In this document: positions 46,251-57,064 of the stretch, piece after piece
Layout of the letters: each line of letters begins with the position of its first letter
How positions within the stretch are numbered: position 1 is the stretch's first letter
NCBI GenBank assembly: GCA_037445065.1
Contig: JBBILD010000004.1
Coordinates: 1 to 64,000, forward strand
Direction: 5' to 3'
DNA length: 64,000 bases
DNA from: Myxococcales bacterium
GTDB lineage: Bacteria; Desulfobacterota; Binatia; HRBIN30
Notes under the pieces: model-generated
Databases searched by the model: none
Seen by the model: only the letters and a program-made list of their open reading frames with translations
Told to the model about the DNA's origin: nothing
Program-made: the position numbers and the translations under genes

Positions 46251-47912
46251 TTACTTGTATGCCACGCCTGCGTCAAGCGGTTGCCCAGCTTGAAAGAGCG
46301 CGTCTTCGCGCAGGAGCGGGAGAGCAGCCTGAACGATGGGATCGGCGGCAAAGTATCGTTGCACGCAACCCTGACAGAGGAAGTTGGCGGTGGCGAGGAA
46401 AGTCATGGCTTGATCCAGAAACAAGTAAGCGGTTGCCACTTTGCCCGAGCGGGGATCCACGGCGTCGAAGAAGCCGAAGTCCCCGTAAATCGGGAAGCGG
46501 CGGGCCATCTCCTGCAGGTTGGCCAGGGCTGCCGCGGGGTCAACCAAGAGGGCCAGGGCGGAGGCGTGCGGGGTCACCGCGCCCGGCTCGTAGCCGCGGG
46601 TTCCCAGCACGGGGATGCCATACTCGCGGTATTCTTCACCGTTTGGATCTAGGCACGGCGACTGGCCCCAAAACGGGCTGTGCAGCACCTCGTGGCTGTA
46701 GCGCTGCTGGACTTGCACGTGGGCGCGGGCGTTTGCACCCAGGCCGCGTGGTGCGAGCGTGACTTCGTCGAGCAGAAGAAGGGGCATCAGCGCCTCGAAC
46801 ATGCTTCCCCCCCAAGAGGGCACGTAGTGGATACCCTGCCAGTGGTAGTAGCCGAGATAGAGAGGGACGCTGTTGCGTTCTTCCACTCGCGGTTGCACCG
46901 GTGCTTGCCGTTGCCATTGGCAACCGGGCGGATAGGTGCGCACGGTGGCAAACCAGTGCTCGCGCGGGACATCTCCTTTGCCGATGGCGAGTAGGCTTCC
47001 AAGGCGGGCCTCGGTAAACCACATACCGTAGTGAAAGGGAGAAAACGTACGGGTGTGGACAAAGTAGCCGTGCCGCATCTGGTGGCGGGTGCGGTCGTAG
47101 AAGAAACTGTAGTCCTCGGCTTCGAGCAAGCGGCTGGCGCGCGTGCGGAGTTCTGGCATGGCGCTGCGGAGCACGATCAAGCCGGCAGTGAACCAAGAAG
47201 AGTCTACGAACGAAACCAGGTTGCTGGTGCGCTCCAGCGAAGTGGTGTCGTAGTAATTGAACAAGAAGCCCCGGTATGTTTCGAGTTGCTCGACGGTGTC
47301 GAGCACGCGGCGGGCAAGGTCGAGGGCTTCTTCTGGTCCGACCAGGCCGAGTTCGCGCGCCGCAACCAGCGAGGCCAAGAACAAGCCGATATTGGTGCTG
47401 CTCGCATAGTCCCCGATCTTGGCCTGTTCGACAGAGTAGAGCGGTCCGAACCAGCGCAGGTGGTCAATGGGGAGAGCGTGCTCGCGGTCGCGCATGGCGG
47501 CAAGGCCGCGCCACGTGTCGCGCAACAGTTGGAGGGCAAACTCGCGCGCTTCCGCGGGGAGGCGGATCGCTTCCGGCGGGCGCTCGGGCCAGCCGGCCAG
47601 GCGCGCCCGCAAGGCACGGCTGAGACCCGGCTTGCCCCCATGCGCCTTCTCCCATGCCTCTTTGCGCCGGGCGCGCACTTGCTCGCGCAGGGCCGGGCCG
47701 GCCATGTCCACCCGGATTTCCCCGATCGGACAGCGCTGCAAGAGACGTTGCTGTGCAGGATCGCCTGCAACAGGAGGCGTCACCGCGGCCGGCTCGGCTT
47801 TCGTCTCCGCGGCTCCAACCAGCAATGGTAGGAGCAGCGAGCTTGCCAGCAGAATACGCCTCAAACGTGGTGCCGGCGCCTTCCCCTCGACCCTACCCCG
47901 CCAAGCTCGCAT
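46251..47912 (-). CDS. Secreted DUF3131/glucoamylase-like (alpha/alpha)6 protein related to beta-1,2-glucan-active domains
   Basis: SSTNIGL, GFLFNYYD, SFVDS, EARL, SWGGSMFEALMP, VTPHAS, YGDFGFFDAVD, LDQAM. Start uncertain. Confidence 0.75.
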   Translation of the reverse strand: MRAWRGRVEGKAPAPRLRRILLASSLLLPLLVGAAETKAEPAAVTPPVAGDPAQQRLLQRCPIGEIRVDMAGPALREQVRARRKEAWEKAHGGKPGLSRALRARLAGWPERPPEAIRLPAEAREFALQLLRDTWRGLAAMRDREHALPIDHLRWFGPLYSVEQAKIGDYASSTNIGLFLASLVAARELGLVGPEEALDLARRVLDTVEQLETYRGFLFNYYDTTSLERTSNLVSFVDSSWFTAGLIVLRSAMPELRTRASRLLEAEDYSFFYDRTRHQMRHGYFVHTRTFSPFHYGMWFTEARLGSLLAIGKGDVPREHWFATVRTYPPGCQWQRQAPVQPRVEERNSVPLYLGYYHWQGIHYVPSWGGSMFEALMPLLLLDEVTLAPRGLGANARAHVQVQQRYSHEVLHSPFWGQSPCLDPNGEEYREYGIPVLGTRGYEPGAVTPHASALALLVDPAAALANLQEMARRFPIYGDFGFFDAVDPRSGKVATAYLFLDQAMTFLATANFLCQGCVQRYFAADPIVQAALPLLREDALFQAGQPLDAGVAYK

Positions 47913-47999
47913 CCGCGCCGAGCCTCTAGCAGCATCGCCGACTGCGGCAACATGGGGACTCCGTAGCCGCTTGCCGGGCGGCTGTGGTAGCAAAGGCGC

Positions 48000-48854
48000 A
48001 TGCGATCGATCGGGTTGATCCTTAAGCACGGGCAGCCGCGCGCTTACGAAGTCGGCCGCACCGTCATCGAATGGCTGCAAGCGCGCGGCTGCGAAGTGTG
48101 GGTGGAGCGGGATGCGGCCGCTCACCTGCCCAAAGCGCGCGTCGCGGGGCGCGAAGAAATGGCCGGCATGGTGGAGCTATTCTTGGTACTTGGCGGTGAC
48201 GGCACCTTGCTCAGCGTGGCTCGTTTGCTGGTGACGCGCGAGGTCCCCATTCTCGGCATCAACCTAGGCGGCCTCGGGTTTTTGACCGCGGTCACGGTGG
48301 AGGAGGCGCTACCGATGCTCGAACGCGTGCTGCGCGGCGAGCTGCGGGCGGACCGCCGGATGATGCTCGAGGTGCGCTGGCGGCGAGGCGAGGAGACGCT
48401 GGCGCAACGCTTGGCTCTCAATGACGCGGTGATCAACAAGGGTGCGCTATCGCGCATGGTGGACTTGCGGGCCACGGTGGATGATCAGGAACTGTGCGTG
48501 TACAAGGCGGATGGGTTGATCGTGACCACGCCGACCGGCTCCACCGCTTACTCGCTTTCTGCGGGGGGTCCGATCGTGCACCCGGCCGTGGACGTGCTGG
48601 TGCTTTCGCCCATCTGCCCACACACCTTGACCAACCGGCCCATTGTGTTGCCGGAAACCAGTGTGGTGCGGGTGGCGATGGTGGCAGCAGGGGAGGACGT
48701 GGTGCTCACCATTGACGGACAGGAAGGCTTCCCGTTGCAAGTGGGCGACAGCGTCGAGGTGCGCCAAGCTCGTACCCGTGCCCCCCTCGTGCAACTGCCG
48801 GAGCGCAGTTACTTTGAGGTGTTGCGAAGCAAGCTCCGCTGGGGAGAGCGCTGA
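48000..48854 (+). CDS. nadK: NAD(+) kinase
   Basis: LGGDGTLL, GINLGGLGFL, ALND, DGLIVTTPTGSTAYSLSAGGP. Confidence 0.95.
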   Translation: MRSIGLILKHGQPRAYEVGRTVIEWLQARGCEVWVERDAAAHLPKARVAGREEMAGMVELFLVLGGDGTLLSVARLLVTREVPILGINLGGLGFLTAVTVEEALPMLERVLRGELRADRRMMLEVRWRRGEETLAQRLALNDAVINKGALSRMVDLRATVDDQELCVYKADGLIVTTPTGSTAYSLSAGGPIVHPAVDVLVLSPICPHTLTNRPIVLPETSVVRVAMVAAGEDVVLTIDGQEGFPLQVGDSVEVRQARTRAPLVQLPERSYFEVLRSKLRWGER

Positions 48855-48869
48855 GCGCGGAACAGGAAC

Positions 48870-50570
48870 ATGCTGCGGGCGTTGCGCATCCGCCAAATGG
48901 CGGTGATCGACGAAGCAGAGCTGGACTTCGAGCCTGGGTTCAACGTTCTGACCGGGGAAACCGGAGCAGGCAAGAGCATCATTACCCGTGCCATCTTGTT
49001 GCTCTGTGGAGCGCGCGGCAGTGCGGAGTTGGTGCGCGCCGATGCGGAAGAGGCCGTGGTCGAGGCGTTGTTCGAATGCCCGGGAGAGGAGGAACGGCTC
49101 GCGGCGCTTGGCTTTCGTGCCGCGGATGAAATCGTGGTCCGCCGGACCCTGCAGCGCAGCGGAAAGGGACGCATTTGGGTCAATGGTGAGCTGGCGAGCG
49201 CGACTCAGCTCGCCCAACTGGTGGGCCGCTGGATCCACTTGTACGGGCAGCACGAGCAAACGGACCTGTTGCGCAACGAGGCGCACCTGGGCTTGCTCGA
49301 CGAATTCGCCGGGTTCAGGGCGGAACGAGCGCAAATGGAGGAACACTACCGCGCCTTGCGCTCGGCCTGGCAGCGCTTGCAAGAGGCACGCACAGATGTG
49401 GAGCGAATCCGCAGCCAGGCGGAACTGCTGCGCTTTCAGTTGCAGGAACTCGAACAGGCGGCAGTGGAAGCAGGCGAGGAGGAAGCGCTCTTGGCAACGC
49501 GCAGTCGCTTGCGCCACGCGGAGCGCCTCGGGCGCGTGTGTGTGGGTGGCGAAGAACGGCTGCACAGCGGCGAGGAGGCGGTAAGCTCCGTGCTCTCCAA
49601 ACTCGAGCACGAGCTTGCCGAGGTCTCTGCCCTGATGCCCGAACTTGGGGGGGTGCGCGCGCTGATCGAGCAAGCTCGCTCGTGGCTCGAGGAGGCGGCC
49701 TGGCAGTTGCGGCGGGCGGGGGAGAGTGTGCGCGCCGACCCAGAGCGGCTTGCCGAGGTGGAGGAGCGGCTGGCGCTGATCGCACGCCTCAAGCGCAAGT
49801 ACGGTTGCGCGGCGGACGAGTTGCCGCAGCGCCGTGCCGAGGTCGCCCGCCAGCTCGCCTTGCTGGACGACGACGAGCACGAGTTGGCTGCCTTGGAGCG
49901 GCGCGTGCAGGAGGTCGCGGCGCAAGCGTGGGGCTTTGCCCGCGCGCTTTCCGAGAAGCGGCGCGCGGCGGCACGCAAACTCGAAGAACTCATGCAGCGG
50001 GAACTCCGCGTCTTGGGCATGCGGGATGCCCAGTTCCAAGTGTGCTTTACACAAAGCGCCAGCGACGGGCCGCAGCGGGATGCCCGCGACAGCCAAGCAG
50101 CGGAGGGCTTCGGCTTGTCCCCCACCGGCGCGGATCGTGTGGAGTTGTTTTGGTCGGCCAATCGAGGCGAGGCACCCCGCCCGCTGGCGCGGGTGGCTTC
50201 GGGCGGGGAACTGTCGCGCATCATGCTCGCCTTGAAGACGCTGGCGGCAGGAGACGAGGCGGTGACCTTCTGGTTCGATGAAGTGGACGCCGGGATCGGA
50301 GGCACCACGGCCACTGCAGTAGGGAAGCGCTTGCGCTCCCTCGGGAAGACGCACCAAGTGCTGTGTATCACCCACTTGCCGCAAATCGCGGCGCTGGCCG
50401 ACCATCACCTGGCGGTGGAGAAACGCAAGCAAGGAAACCGCGTCGTTTCGCGAGCCCGCGTGGTCGAAGGCCAAGAGCGGGTGCGCGAGTTGGCCCGCAT
50501 GCTGGGTAGCGTGAGCGAGGAAACCGAGCGCTATGCGCGCGGCTTGCTGCGCGCCTTGGATGAGAGCTGA
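48870..50570 (+). CDS. recN: DNA repair protein RecN
   Basis: LTGETGAGKS, GQHE, coiled coil, ASGGELSRIML, FDEVDAGIGG, ITHLPQIA. Confidence 0.96.
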   Translation: MLRALRIRQMAVIDEAELDFEPGFNVLTGETGAGKSIITRAILLLCGARGSAELVRADAEEAVVEALFECPGEEERLAALGFRAADEIVVRRTLQRSGKGRIWVNGELASATQLAQLVGRWIHLYGQHEQTDLLRNEAHLGLLDEFAGFRAERAQMEEHYRALRSAWQRLQEARTDVERIRSQAELLRFQLQELEQAAVEAGEEEALLATRSRLRHAERLGRVCVGGEERLHSGEEAVSSVLSKLEHELAEVSALMPELGGVRALIEQARSWLEEAAWQLRRAGESVRADPERLAEVEERLALIARLKRKYGCAADELPQRRAEVARQLALLDDDEHELAALERRVQEVAAQAWGFARALSEKRRAAARKLEELMQRELRVLGMRDAQFQVCFTQSASDGPQRDARDSQAAEGFGLSPTGADRVELFWSANRGEAPRPLARVASGGELSRIMLALKTLAAGDEAVTFWFDEVDAGIGGTTATAVGKRLRSLGKTHQVLCITHLPQIAALADHHLAVEKRKQGNRVVSRARVVEGQERVRELARMLGSVSEETERYARGLLRALDES

Positions 50571-50886
50571 AAGGACGACGCCCCCTGCCTGTCACCGCGC
50601 GGGTGGCAAGTAAGCGGCTGTATGCCTCCTCCCTCGGGGCCGGGAGCATGCAAAGCGGCCGCGGCAAGCGGGGATCACCGCTCGCGGGCAGCGTGGCGAT
50701 CCCCCGGGGGACGGGCCCCTCTGCCTGCGTCCTGCCGTCGCGAGTTCCGGTTTTGCGCTTTGCTTAGATCGGAAGAGCACAATTTTGCGGGCAACAACGT
50801 AGCATCGGCCGCGATTTCAGGCGGAGGCGTGCCGATCGGCAAGGGAGGCACGCAGCCAAAAAATCCGGGAAGGTGAAAAAGGAGGG

Positions 50887-51714
50887 GTGACGATGGTTGG
50901 CGCTGGAAGAAAGGTGGCGGGACTCCTCGCGGTGGCAGGGTTCATTGCCTGGGGTCGGGTGGTGCAGGGCGCGGAGATGAGCGAGGCGATTCGCTCGTTC
51001 AAGAATTTCACGCGCGACGCGGCTACGGTCGAGCAAGGCCGGCTCCGCTTGGAAGTGCAGGGTGTCAAGATTCAAGACAAAGAGAAGACTCGCCTCAATC
51101 TCATCGGATTCCGGATCAAGGCCGACGAGATCAGCGCCGGGGCCTTTACCTTGTTGGGCAGCTACGGCCTATCGAAGAACTCGGAGATTGGTTTCTCGCT
51201 GCCCGGTTACATTGAAAGCCGTACGGTCAGCGGGCAGAAAACCACAAAGGAAGACATGGGTGACGTCACGTTGTACGGCAAGTTCACCCAGGGTGTGAAC
51301 GACAACCTCAAGTGGGCGGCCGGCGTGGAAGTGCGCGTGCCCTCGGGCAGCAAGTCGAAGGAATTCGGCACCGATGAGGTCGGCCTCAACCCCTTTCTTT
51401 CCGCACGGTACGTCTACAAAGCCTTCGGGATGGGCGGCCATGTGGGGTACGAGTTCACCACGGGTGACGTGCCGGACGTCTTTAACTGGAGCTTCGAACT
51501 CTTCCTGCGTGGCAGCAGCTTTTACACCATCCGCCACGAGTTGACGGGGCGGGTCTTCCACCAGGGCGGTTTCCGCAACCACGATTTGACCCTGTGGCCG
51601 GGTGTGGACTTGCATTTCGCCGACAACTTCACGATCCGTCCCACCGGGATGGTGGGGGGCACCGATATCGCCCTGGATTACGGAATTGGCTTAGGCCTCG
51701 CTTACATTTTCTGA
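50887..51714 (+). CDS. Putative outer-membrane beta-barrel protein
   Basis: Signal peptide, amphipathic strands, MGDVTLYGK / PSG...FGT, terminal LAYIF. Confidence 0.7.
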   Translation: MTMVGAGRKVAGLLAVAGFIAWGRVVQGAEMSEAIRSFKNFTRDAATVEQGRLRLEVQGVKIQDKEKTRLNLIGFRIKADEISAGAFTLLGSYGLSKNSEIGFSLPGYIESRTVSGQKTTKEDMGDVTLYGKFTQGVNDNLKWAAGVEVRVPSGSKSKEFGTDEVGLNPFLSARYVYKAFGMGGHVGYEFTTGDVPDVFNWSFELFLRGSSFYTIRHELTGRVFHQGGFRNHDLTLWPGVDLHFADNFTIRPTGMVGGTDIALDYGIGLGLAYIF

Positions 51715-52470
51715 ACGCAAGCCGCGGCGCAGTGCGTCGTGGTAGCGGACCGCGCTGAGGCAGAGGCCGTGCGCGGGAGCGGTAGGCCCGGCGTGGGTGC
51801 GGTCGCGGCGTTCGAGGATCATCGCTAGGGCCTGCGGCTCGAGCTGGCCGCGGCCGACCTCGACGAGTGTGCCGACGATGTTGCGCACCATGTGGCGCAC
51901 GAAGGCGTTGGCCTCGATGCGGTACAGGATCATGTCTCCTTGTCTCTCGACCTCGCTGCGCACCACCCGCCGCACCGCGTGCGCAGCTTCGCAGCCGGCG
52001 GCTTGGAAGGAGGCGAAATCGTGCTCTCCGACCAACGTAGCGGCGGCGGCCTGCATGGCGCGCTCGTCCAGGGGGTAAAAGACGTGCCAGGAAAAACGCC
52101 GCCAAAACGGCGAGGGCACGCGCCGATTCCAAATGCGGTAGAGGTAGGTGCGGCTTGTCGCGTCACGCCGCGGGTCGAACGAATCCGCCACCTGTTCTGC
52201 CTTGGTGACCGCGATATCGTGCGGTAGCACCGCATTGAGGGCTCGGAGCAGCGACTCAGTCGGCCAGGCGCGCTCGAGTACGAAGCTCACCACTTGTCCA
52301 CTGGCGTGCACTCCGGCATCCGTACGGCCGGCAGCGGCCACCCGAACCTCTTGCCCGCAAAGTTTGCGCAGGGCCGCCTCCATTTCACCTTGGATTGTCG
52401 GACCGTGCGGCTGCACCTGCCAGCCGAGGTAACGCGTGCCTTCGTACTCGACGAGCAGCTTGTAGCGCAT
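51691..52470 (-). CDS. truA: tRNA pseudouridine(38-40) synthase
   Basis: YEGT.Y.GWQ.Q, AGRTDAGVHA, GEHDFASF, F.RHMVRNIVG, TAPAHGL. Confidence 0.96.
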   Translation of the reverse strand: MRYKLLVEYEGTRYLGWQVQPHGPTIQGEMEAALRKLCGQEVRVAAAGRTDAGVHASGQVVSFVLERAWPTESLLRALNAVLPHDIAVTKAEQVADSFDPRRDATSRTYLYRIWNRRVPSPFWRRFSWHVFYPLDERAMQAAAATLVGEHDFASFQAAGCEAAHAVRRVVRSEVERQGDMILYRIEANAFVRHMVRNIVGTLVEVGRGQLEPQALAMILERRDRTHAGPTAPAHGLCLSAVRYHDALRRGLRSENVSEA

Positions 52471-52473
52471 GGC

Positions 52474-53493
52474 TCAGGCTTGGCTGCGCAACAGCACCTC
52501 GGCGATTTGCACCGCGTTGACCGCGGACCCCTTGCGCGTGTTGTCGAGCACGAGCCAGGCGTCGAGCGCGCCGCGCTCGAGGTCCAGCCGCAGCCGCCCA
52601 GCGTGCGTTGCGTCGCTGCCCATCACGTCGGCGGGGGAGGGGCAGACAAGCGGCTCGTCTTCGACCAACAGCCCGGGTGCGGCGCGCAGGTGCTCCCGGA
52701 GGCCTTCCAGCGCTGCGCCAGGTTCGAACTCGACGTGGACCGCGACCGCAGTTCCGTAAAACAGCGGCACTTGCACGCGGGTCAGGAACAGGGGCAGCGA
52801 AGGCTGGCGCAGCACGCGCCGCAGTGCCGCTACCGACCGCTCCTCTGCCTCGGTGGTGCCGTCTGCGCGCATTTCCCCCACGCAAGGAAAGAGATTGAAG
52901 GCCACGCGTTCGGGGAACAACTCGTTGTCTTCCGGCTCGCGCCCATTGAGAAGTTCGTACACTTCTTGCTCGAGGATTTTGAGCCCACGCCGCCCGCGCA
53001 CCGAGACCGGATCGAAGGCAGTGGCCACCACGCTGCGCAGAGAGCCACGCTGGCGCAGCGGCTCGAGGAACACCGCGAGCGCAATGGTCACGGGATCGGG
53101 GCTCGCGACAATGCGGCTCGCCGGCGGCTGGCGCAGCTCGCCGGCATTGACCTCGGGAACCACCACGATCACGTCTTCCCGGGCACTCCACGCTCTGCTG
53201 GTGTCAATGACCCAAGCGCCCGCCGCGGCGGCTTTTTCCGCCCACTGCTTGCTGACTTCTTCCCCCGCCGCGAGAAAAACAAAGTCGAAGCCGGTAAGAG
53301 AAGTGTTTTCGTGCAAGGGCTCGACCAGCACTTCGCTGTCTTCCCGAGTCACTTCTTTGCCGACCGACTCCGCGCTGGCCCAGGCCTGTAGGCGACTGGC
53401 CGGAAACCCCCGTTGCTCGAGCGCACGAACGATTTCTTCACCGACCACACCGGTGGCTCCAATTACTGCCACCGCGTATGCGCTTTTTTTCAT
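52474..53493 (-). CDS. Aspartate-semialdehyde dehydrogenase-family protein, Usg-like (catalytic Cys and His absent)
   Basis: [35 protein letters not shown]. The NPNC motif is replaced by SPDP and the GH motif by GT. Confidence 0.85.
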   Translation of the reverse strand: MKKSAYAVAVIGATGVVGEEIVRALEQRGFPASRLQAWASAESVGKEVTREDSEVLVEPLHENTSLTGFDFVFLAAGEEVSKQWAEKAAAAGAWVIDTSRAWSAREDVIVVVPEVNAGELRQPPASRIVASPDPVTIALAVFLEPLRQRGSLRSVVATAFDPVSVRGRRGLKILEQEVYELLNGREPEDNELFPERVAFNLFPCVGEMRADGTTEAEERSVAALRRVLRQPSLPLFLTRVQVPLFYGTAVAVHVEFEPGAALEGLREHLRAAPGLLVEDEPLVCPSPADVMGSDATHAGRLRLDLERGALDAWLVLDNTRKGSAVNAVQIAEVLLRSQA

Positions 53494-54599
53494 AGGTTTC
53501 CTTGCCGCAGGGCACGCACCACTTCGTCTCCCATGGCGCGGCAGCCCACCACCTTCGTTCCGGGCTGCTGGATGTCCGCCGTGCGGAACCCTTGCGCGAG
53601 CACTGCCTCGACCGCGCGTTCGATCGCCGAGGCAACCTCAGCTTGTCCGAGCGAGTAGCGGAGCAACAAGGCGGCAGACAGAATGGCAGCCAGGGGGTTG
53701 GCGCGGTCTTGCCCGGCAATGTCCGGAGCACTGCCGTGAATGGGCTCGTACAGGCCGCGCGGGTACCCCGCTCGGTTTTTTGCCGCCCCCAGCGATGCGG
53801 AGGGCAACAGCCCCATGGAACCGGCGAGCATGGAGGCCTCGTCGGTCAAGATGTCCCCGAAGAGGTTCTCTGTGGCAATGACGTCGAAATCGCGCGGGCG
53901 GCGGATCAGGTGCATGGCCATCGCATCTACCAGCACGTCTTCGTAGGCCACATCCGGGTAGTCGCGCCGGACTTCGTGCGCCACTTCGCGCCACAGCCGC
54001 GACGAAGACAGCACGTTTGCCTTGTCCACCGAGCTGACCTTTTTCCGCCGCTGGCGTGCCAATTCGAAAGCGGAACGCATCAGGCGCGCGATCTCTTGCT
54101 CGGTGTAGATCATGGTGTCGAGCGCCTCGCGGCCGTGCGGGCCTTGCCGCCGCTCGCTCGGCTTGCCGAAGTAGACGCCCCCCGTCAGTTCGCGAACCAC
54201 GACTAGGTCCACGCCGCGCAATACCTCCGGCTTGAGCGTGGAGGCATCGAGCAAGCTTTCCAGAGCGCGCACAGGGCGGAGGTTGGCGAAGAGGTCGAGG
54301 GCTTTGCGCAAGCCGAGCAGCGCTTGCTCAGGCCGCACTGCCGCTTGCGGGTCGTCCCACTTGGGGCCGCCGACAGCGCCGAGCAAAATCGCGTCGGCCG
54401 CTTGCGCCGCCGCGAGCGCCTGCTGCGGAAGCGCCGTGCCAAAGCGATCAATGGCTGCCCCACCGACCACCGCTTGTTCGAATTCGACGGGCAAGGCGAA
54501 ACGTTCGCTCGCCACGTCGAGCACTCGCTGTGCTTGCTCCACCACCTCCGGGCCAATTCCGTCGCCCGGTAACAACAACACCCGAAACCGCTCTCCCAT
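53490..54599 (-). CDS. leuB: 3-isopropylmalate dehydrogenase
   Basis: [58 protein letters not shown]. Confidence 0.96.
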   Translation of the reverse strand: MGERFRVLLLPGDGIGPEVVEQAQRVLDVASERFALPVEFEQAVVGGAAIDRFGTALPQQALAAAQAADAILLGAVGGPKWDDPQAAVRPEQALLGLRKALDLFANLRPVRALESLLDASTLKPEVLRGVDLVVVRELTGGVYFGKPSERRQGPHGREALDTMIYTEQEIARLMRSAFELARQRRKKVSSVDKANVLSSSRLWREVAHEVRRDYPDVAYEDVLVDAMAMHLIRRPRDFDVIATENLFGDILTDEASMLAGSMGLLPSASLGAAKNRAGYPRGLYEPIHGSAPDIAGQDRANPLAAILSAALLLRYSLGQAEVASAIERAVEAVLAQGFRTADIQQPGTKVVGCRAMGDEVVRALRQGNL

Positions 54600-54608
54600 G
54601 GAATCTCC

Positions 54609-56159
54609 TCAAGGCTCTTCGCCTCGGATCTGGCGCAGGCGTGCCTGGCGGTGGCACAACTTGTTCAGTGCGTTCAGGTACGCCAGGGCGCTGGCATGCA
54701 CGATATCGGTGTGGGCTCCCTGTCCGGTCGCCGTAGCGCCGTCGAGGCTGATCAGGCAGGAGACCTCGCCCATGGCGTCGGTGCCTCCGGTGATGGCCTT
54801 CACTGCGTATCGCTCGAGTTTCGGGGAAAGACCGGTGGCCTCGCCGATTGCCTTGAAGCAAGCGTCCACCATCCCGTCTCCGGTGGCGGTGGCCACTCGC
54901 TCGCGGCCGTTCGAACGCACGCGCACGCGAGCACGCGGCTCGCTCCCGGTTGCAGCACCCACCTCGAGTTCGAGCAGCTCGAAAATATCCGGCCCCCGCA
55001 CCGCTTCTTCGGTGACAATGGCGAGCAAGTCCTCGTCGTAGACAAACTTCTTGCGGTCGGCGAGTTCCTTGAACTTGGCGAAGGCCTTGTTCATGTCCAC
55101 GTTGTACAAGTCCACACCGAGTTGCTTCAGCCGTTCCGCGAAGGCGTGCCGGCCCGAGTGCTTCCCCAGCACGAGTTTGTTGCTGGGCAGCCCGACCGAT
55201 TCAGGCCGCATGATTTCGTAAGTGAGTTTGTCTTTGAGCACGCCGTCTTGATGGATCCCGGCTTCGTGCGCGAAGGCGTTGTCACCCACGATCGGCTTGT
55301 TGGCAGGAACGACCAAGCCAGTTACCTGGGAGAGCAAGCGGCTCGCCGGGTAGATTTGCTCGGTCACGATGTTCGTGCGCAGGCCGAAGAAATCGCGCCG
55401 GGTGTGCAAAGCCATGACCACCTCTTCGAGCGAGGTGTTGCCAGCGCGCTCGCCGATGCCGTTGACCGTGCATTCCACCTGCCGCGCTCCGTTGCGCACG
55501 GCAGCCAGCGAGTTCGCCACTGCCATCCCCAGATCGTTGTGGCAGTGCACGCTCCAACGCACCCGCTCGCTCCCCGGGGTGTGTTCGATCAAGTACCGGA
55601 AGAGAGCCCCGAACTCCTCCGGCACGGCATAGCCGGTGGTGTCCGGCACGTTGATGACCCGTGCTCCGGCGCGGATCACTTCCGCGAACACTTGTACCAG
55701 GTAATCGCGGTCCGAACGCGACGCGTCTTCTGCGGAAAATTCGACATAATCTAGATACTTGCGGCAGAACTCCACCGCCCAGCAGGCCGCATCCATCACT
55801 TCTTGGCGGCTCATCATGAGCTTGCGCTCGAGGTGCAAGTCGGAGGTGGCGATGAAGACATGAATCCCAGGATTGCGGGCCTTCTCCACCGCGCGAATCG
55901 CTTGCACCATGTCGTTTTCGCGCGTCCGCGCCAGGCTCAGGACCACCGGACGGGTGACCGTTTGCGCCACCCGCTGCACGGCTTCGAAGTCGCCCGGCGA
56001 GGAAGCCGCAAAACCGGCCTCGATGACATCCACTCCCAGCCGCTCGAGCTGGCGCGCGATGAGGACCTTTTCCTCCACATTCATGCTCGCACCCGGCGAC
56101 TGCTCTCCGTCGCGCAAGGTGGTGTCGAAGATGTACACGACGTTTGGATCGTTCTGCAT
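54609..56159 (-). CDS. leuA: 2-isopropylmalate synthase
   Basis: [37 protein letters not shown]-terminal regulatory domain. Confidence 0.96.
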   Translation of the reverse strand: MQNDPNVVYIFDTTLRDGEQSPGASMNVEEKVLIARQLERLGVDVIEAGFAASSPGDFEAVQRVAQTVTRPVVLSLARTRENDMVQAIRAVEKARNPGIHVFIATSDLHLERKLMMSRQEVMDAACWAVEFCRKYLDYVEFSAEDASRSDRDYLVQVFAEVIRAGARVINVPDTTGYAVPEEFGALFRYLIEHTPGSERVRWSVHCHNDLGMAVANSLAAVRNGARQVECTVNGIGERAGNTSLEEVVMALHTRRDFFGLRTNIVTEQIYPASRLLSQVTGLVVPANKPIVGDNAFAHEAGIHQDGVLKDKLTYEIMRPESVGLPSNKLVLGKHSGRHAFAERLKQLGVDLYNVDMNKAFAKFKELADRKKFVYDEDLLAIVTEEAVRGPDIFELLELEVGAATGSEPRARVRVRSNGRERVATATGDGMVDACFKAIGEATGLSPKLERYAVKAITGGTDAMGEVSCLISLDGATATGQGAHTDIVHASALAYLNALNKLCHRQARLRQIRGEEP

Positions 56160-56226
56160 GTTGTTTCCTCCCTTCTCCGCGTCTTTCGAACCGAAAGGGG
56201 CCTTCGGGGGGAGTCGCCCGTGGCCC

Positions 56227-56267
56227 AAACAAAAACGCCACGGACGGCTCGATTCCGCCCGTGGCGT
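56227..56267 (-). terminator. Attenuator terminator upstream of leuA
   Basis: ACGCCACGGGCGG-loop-CCGTCCGTGGCGT followed by TTTTGTTT on the minus strand. Confidence 0.85.
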
Positions 56268-56287
56268 CCTGCGGTTCCGCGCTGGAC

Positions 56288-56377
56288 TTACGTCCCCGCA
56301 CACACCCCGGGCGGGCAGCGAAGCAACAGGCTAAGCAGCCCGAGCGCACCGAGCAGTGTGTTGCGAGCAACGAACAT
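56288..56377 (-). CDS. Leucine-rich leader peptide of the leu operon (29 aa)
   Basis: GGAGG RBS; MFVARNTLLGALGLLSLLLRCPPGVCAGT* with 8 Leu codons, directly before the terminator and leuA. Confidence 0.8.
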   Translation of the reverse strand: MFVARNTLLGALGLLSLLLRCPPGVCAGT

Positions 56378-56484
56378 TGCCTCCGGAACTAATCGAGCCT
56401 GGGGGCAGTGTCAAGCGCAGATTTGCGTCCGCGCACGGCGAGGGCGAGCCCCGGCCCGCCGCGCCCAGGAAGGCGGCCGCGGGC

Positions 56485-56952
56485 TCAGGCATCCAGCCCG
56501 CCCTTCACAAGGGCGAGGGCGCGCGCCACTGCTTCTCGCGGGGTTGCGGCGTGGGCGATGTCGCTTACCCCCTCCCAGGCTCGGCACGCAACCACAGGCC
56601 TGCCGAGGACGCGCGCGAGGTGGATCTCCGAGGCCGTCCCGTGCTCGCCCGCAAGCGCAATCACTGCGTCACCGCTGGCGACGACGAGAATGTTGCGCCC
56701 ATGACCCAGCCCGGTCGGCACCGCGATGTCCACCCAGGGATTGGCGGCCGCTCGCTGGTAGCCGGGTAAGATTCCGACCGTAGTCCCACCTGCACGCTTG
56801 GCGCCGCGGCACGCACCTGCCATGACCCCGCCGAGCCCGCCACAAACCAGCACTGCGCCGCGGCGCGCCAGCTCGGCGCCCACTTCTTCGGCGAGTGCCT
56901 CCACCTCTCCACTACACGCTCCGCCGCCGATCACGGCGACTTGCACCTGCAT
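56485..56952 (-). CDS. TIGR00725/LOG-family Rossmann-fold protein
   Basis: VAVIGG, CGGLGGVM, TVGILPG, TGLGHGRN, GTASEI. AAGGAGG RBS. Confidence 0.88.
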   Translation of the reverse strand: MQVQVAVIGGGACSGEVEALAEEVGAELARRGAVLVCGGLGGVMAGACRGAKRAGGTTVGILPGYQRAAANPWVDIAVPTGLGHGRNILVVASGDAVIALAGEHGTASEIHLARVLGRPVVACRAWEGVSDIAHAATPREAVARALALVKGGLDA

Positions 56953-57064
56953 CGCTGCACCTCCTTCGCGATTCGTGATCCTCCTGGCCGCCTTCCGCAA
57001 AAAGGATGCGGTGACCGTAGCGATCAGCGGAATCGAAAGGGACGACCGGGACAAAGGCAGCAGG

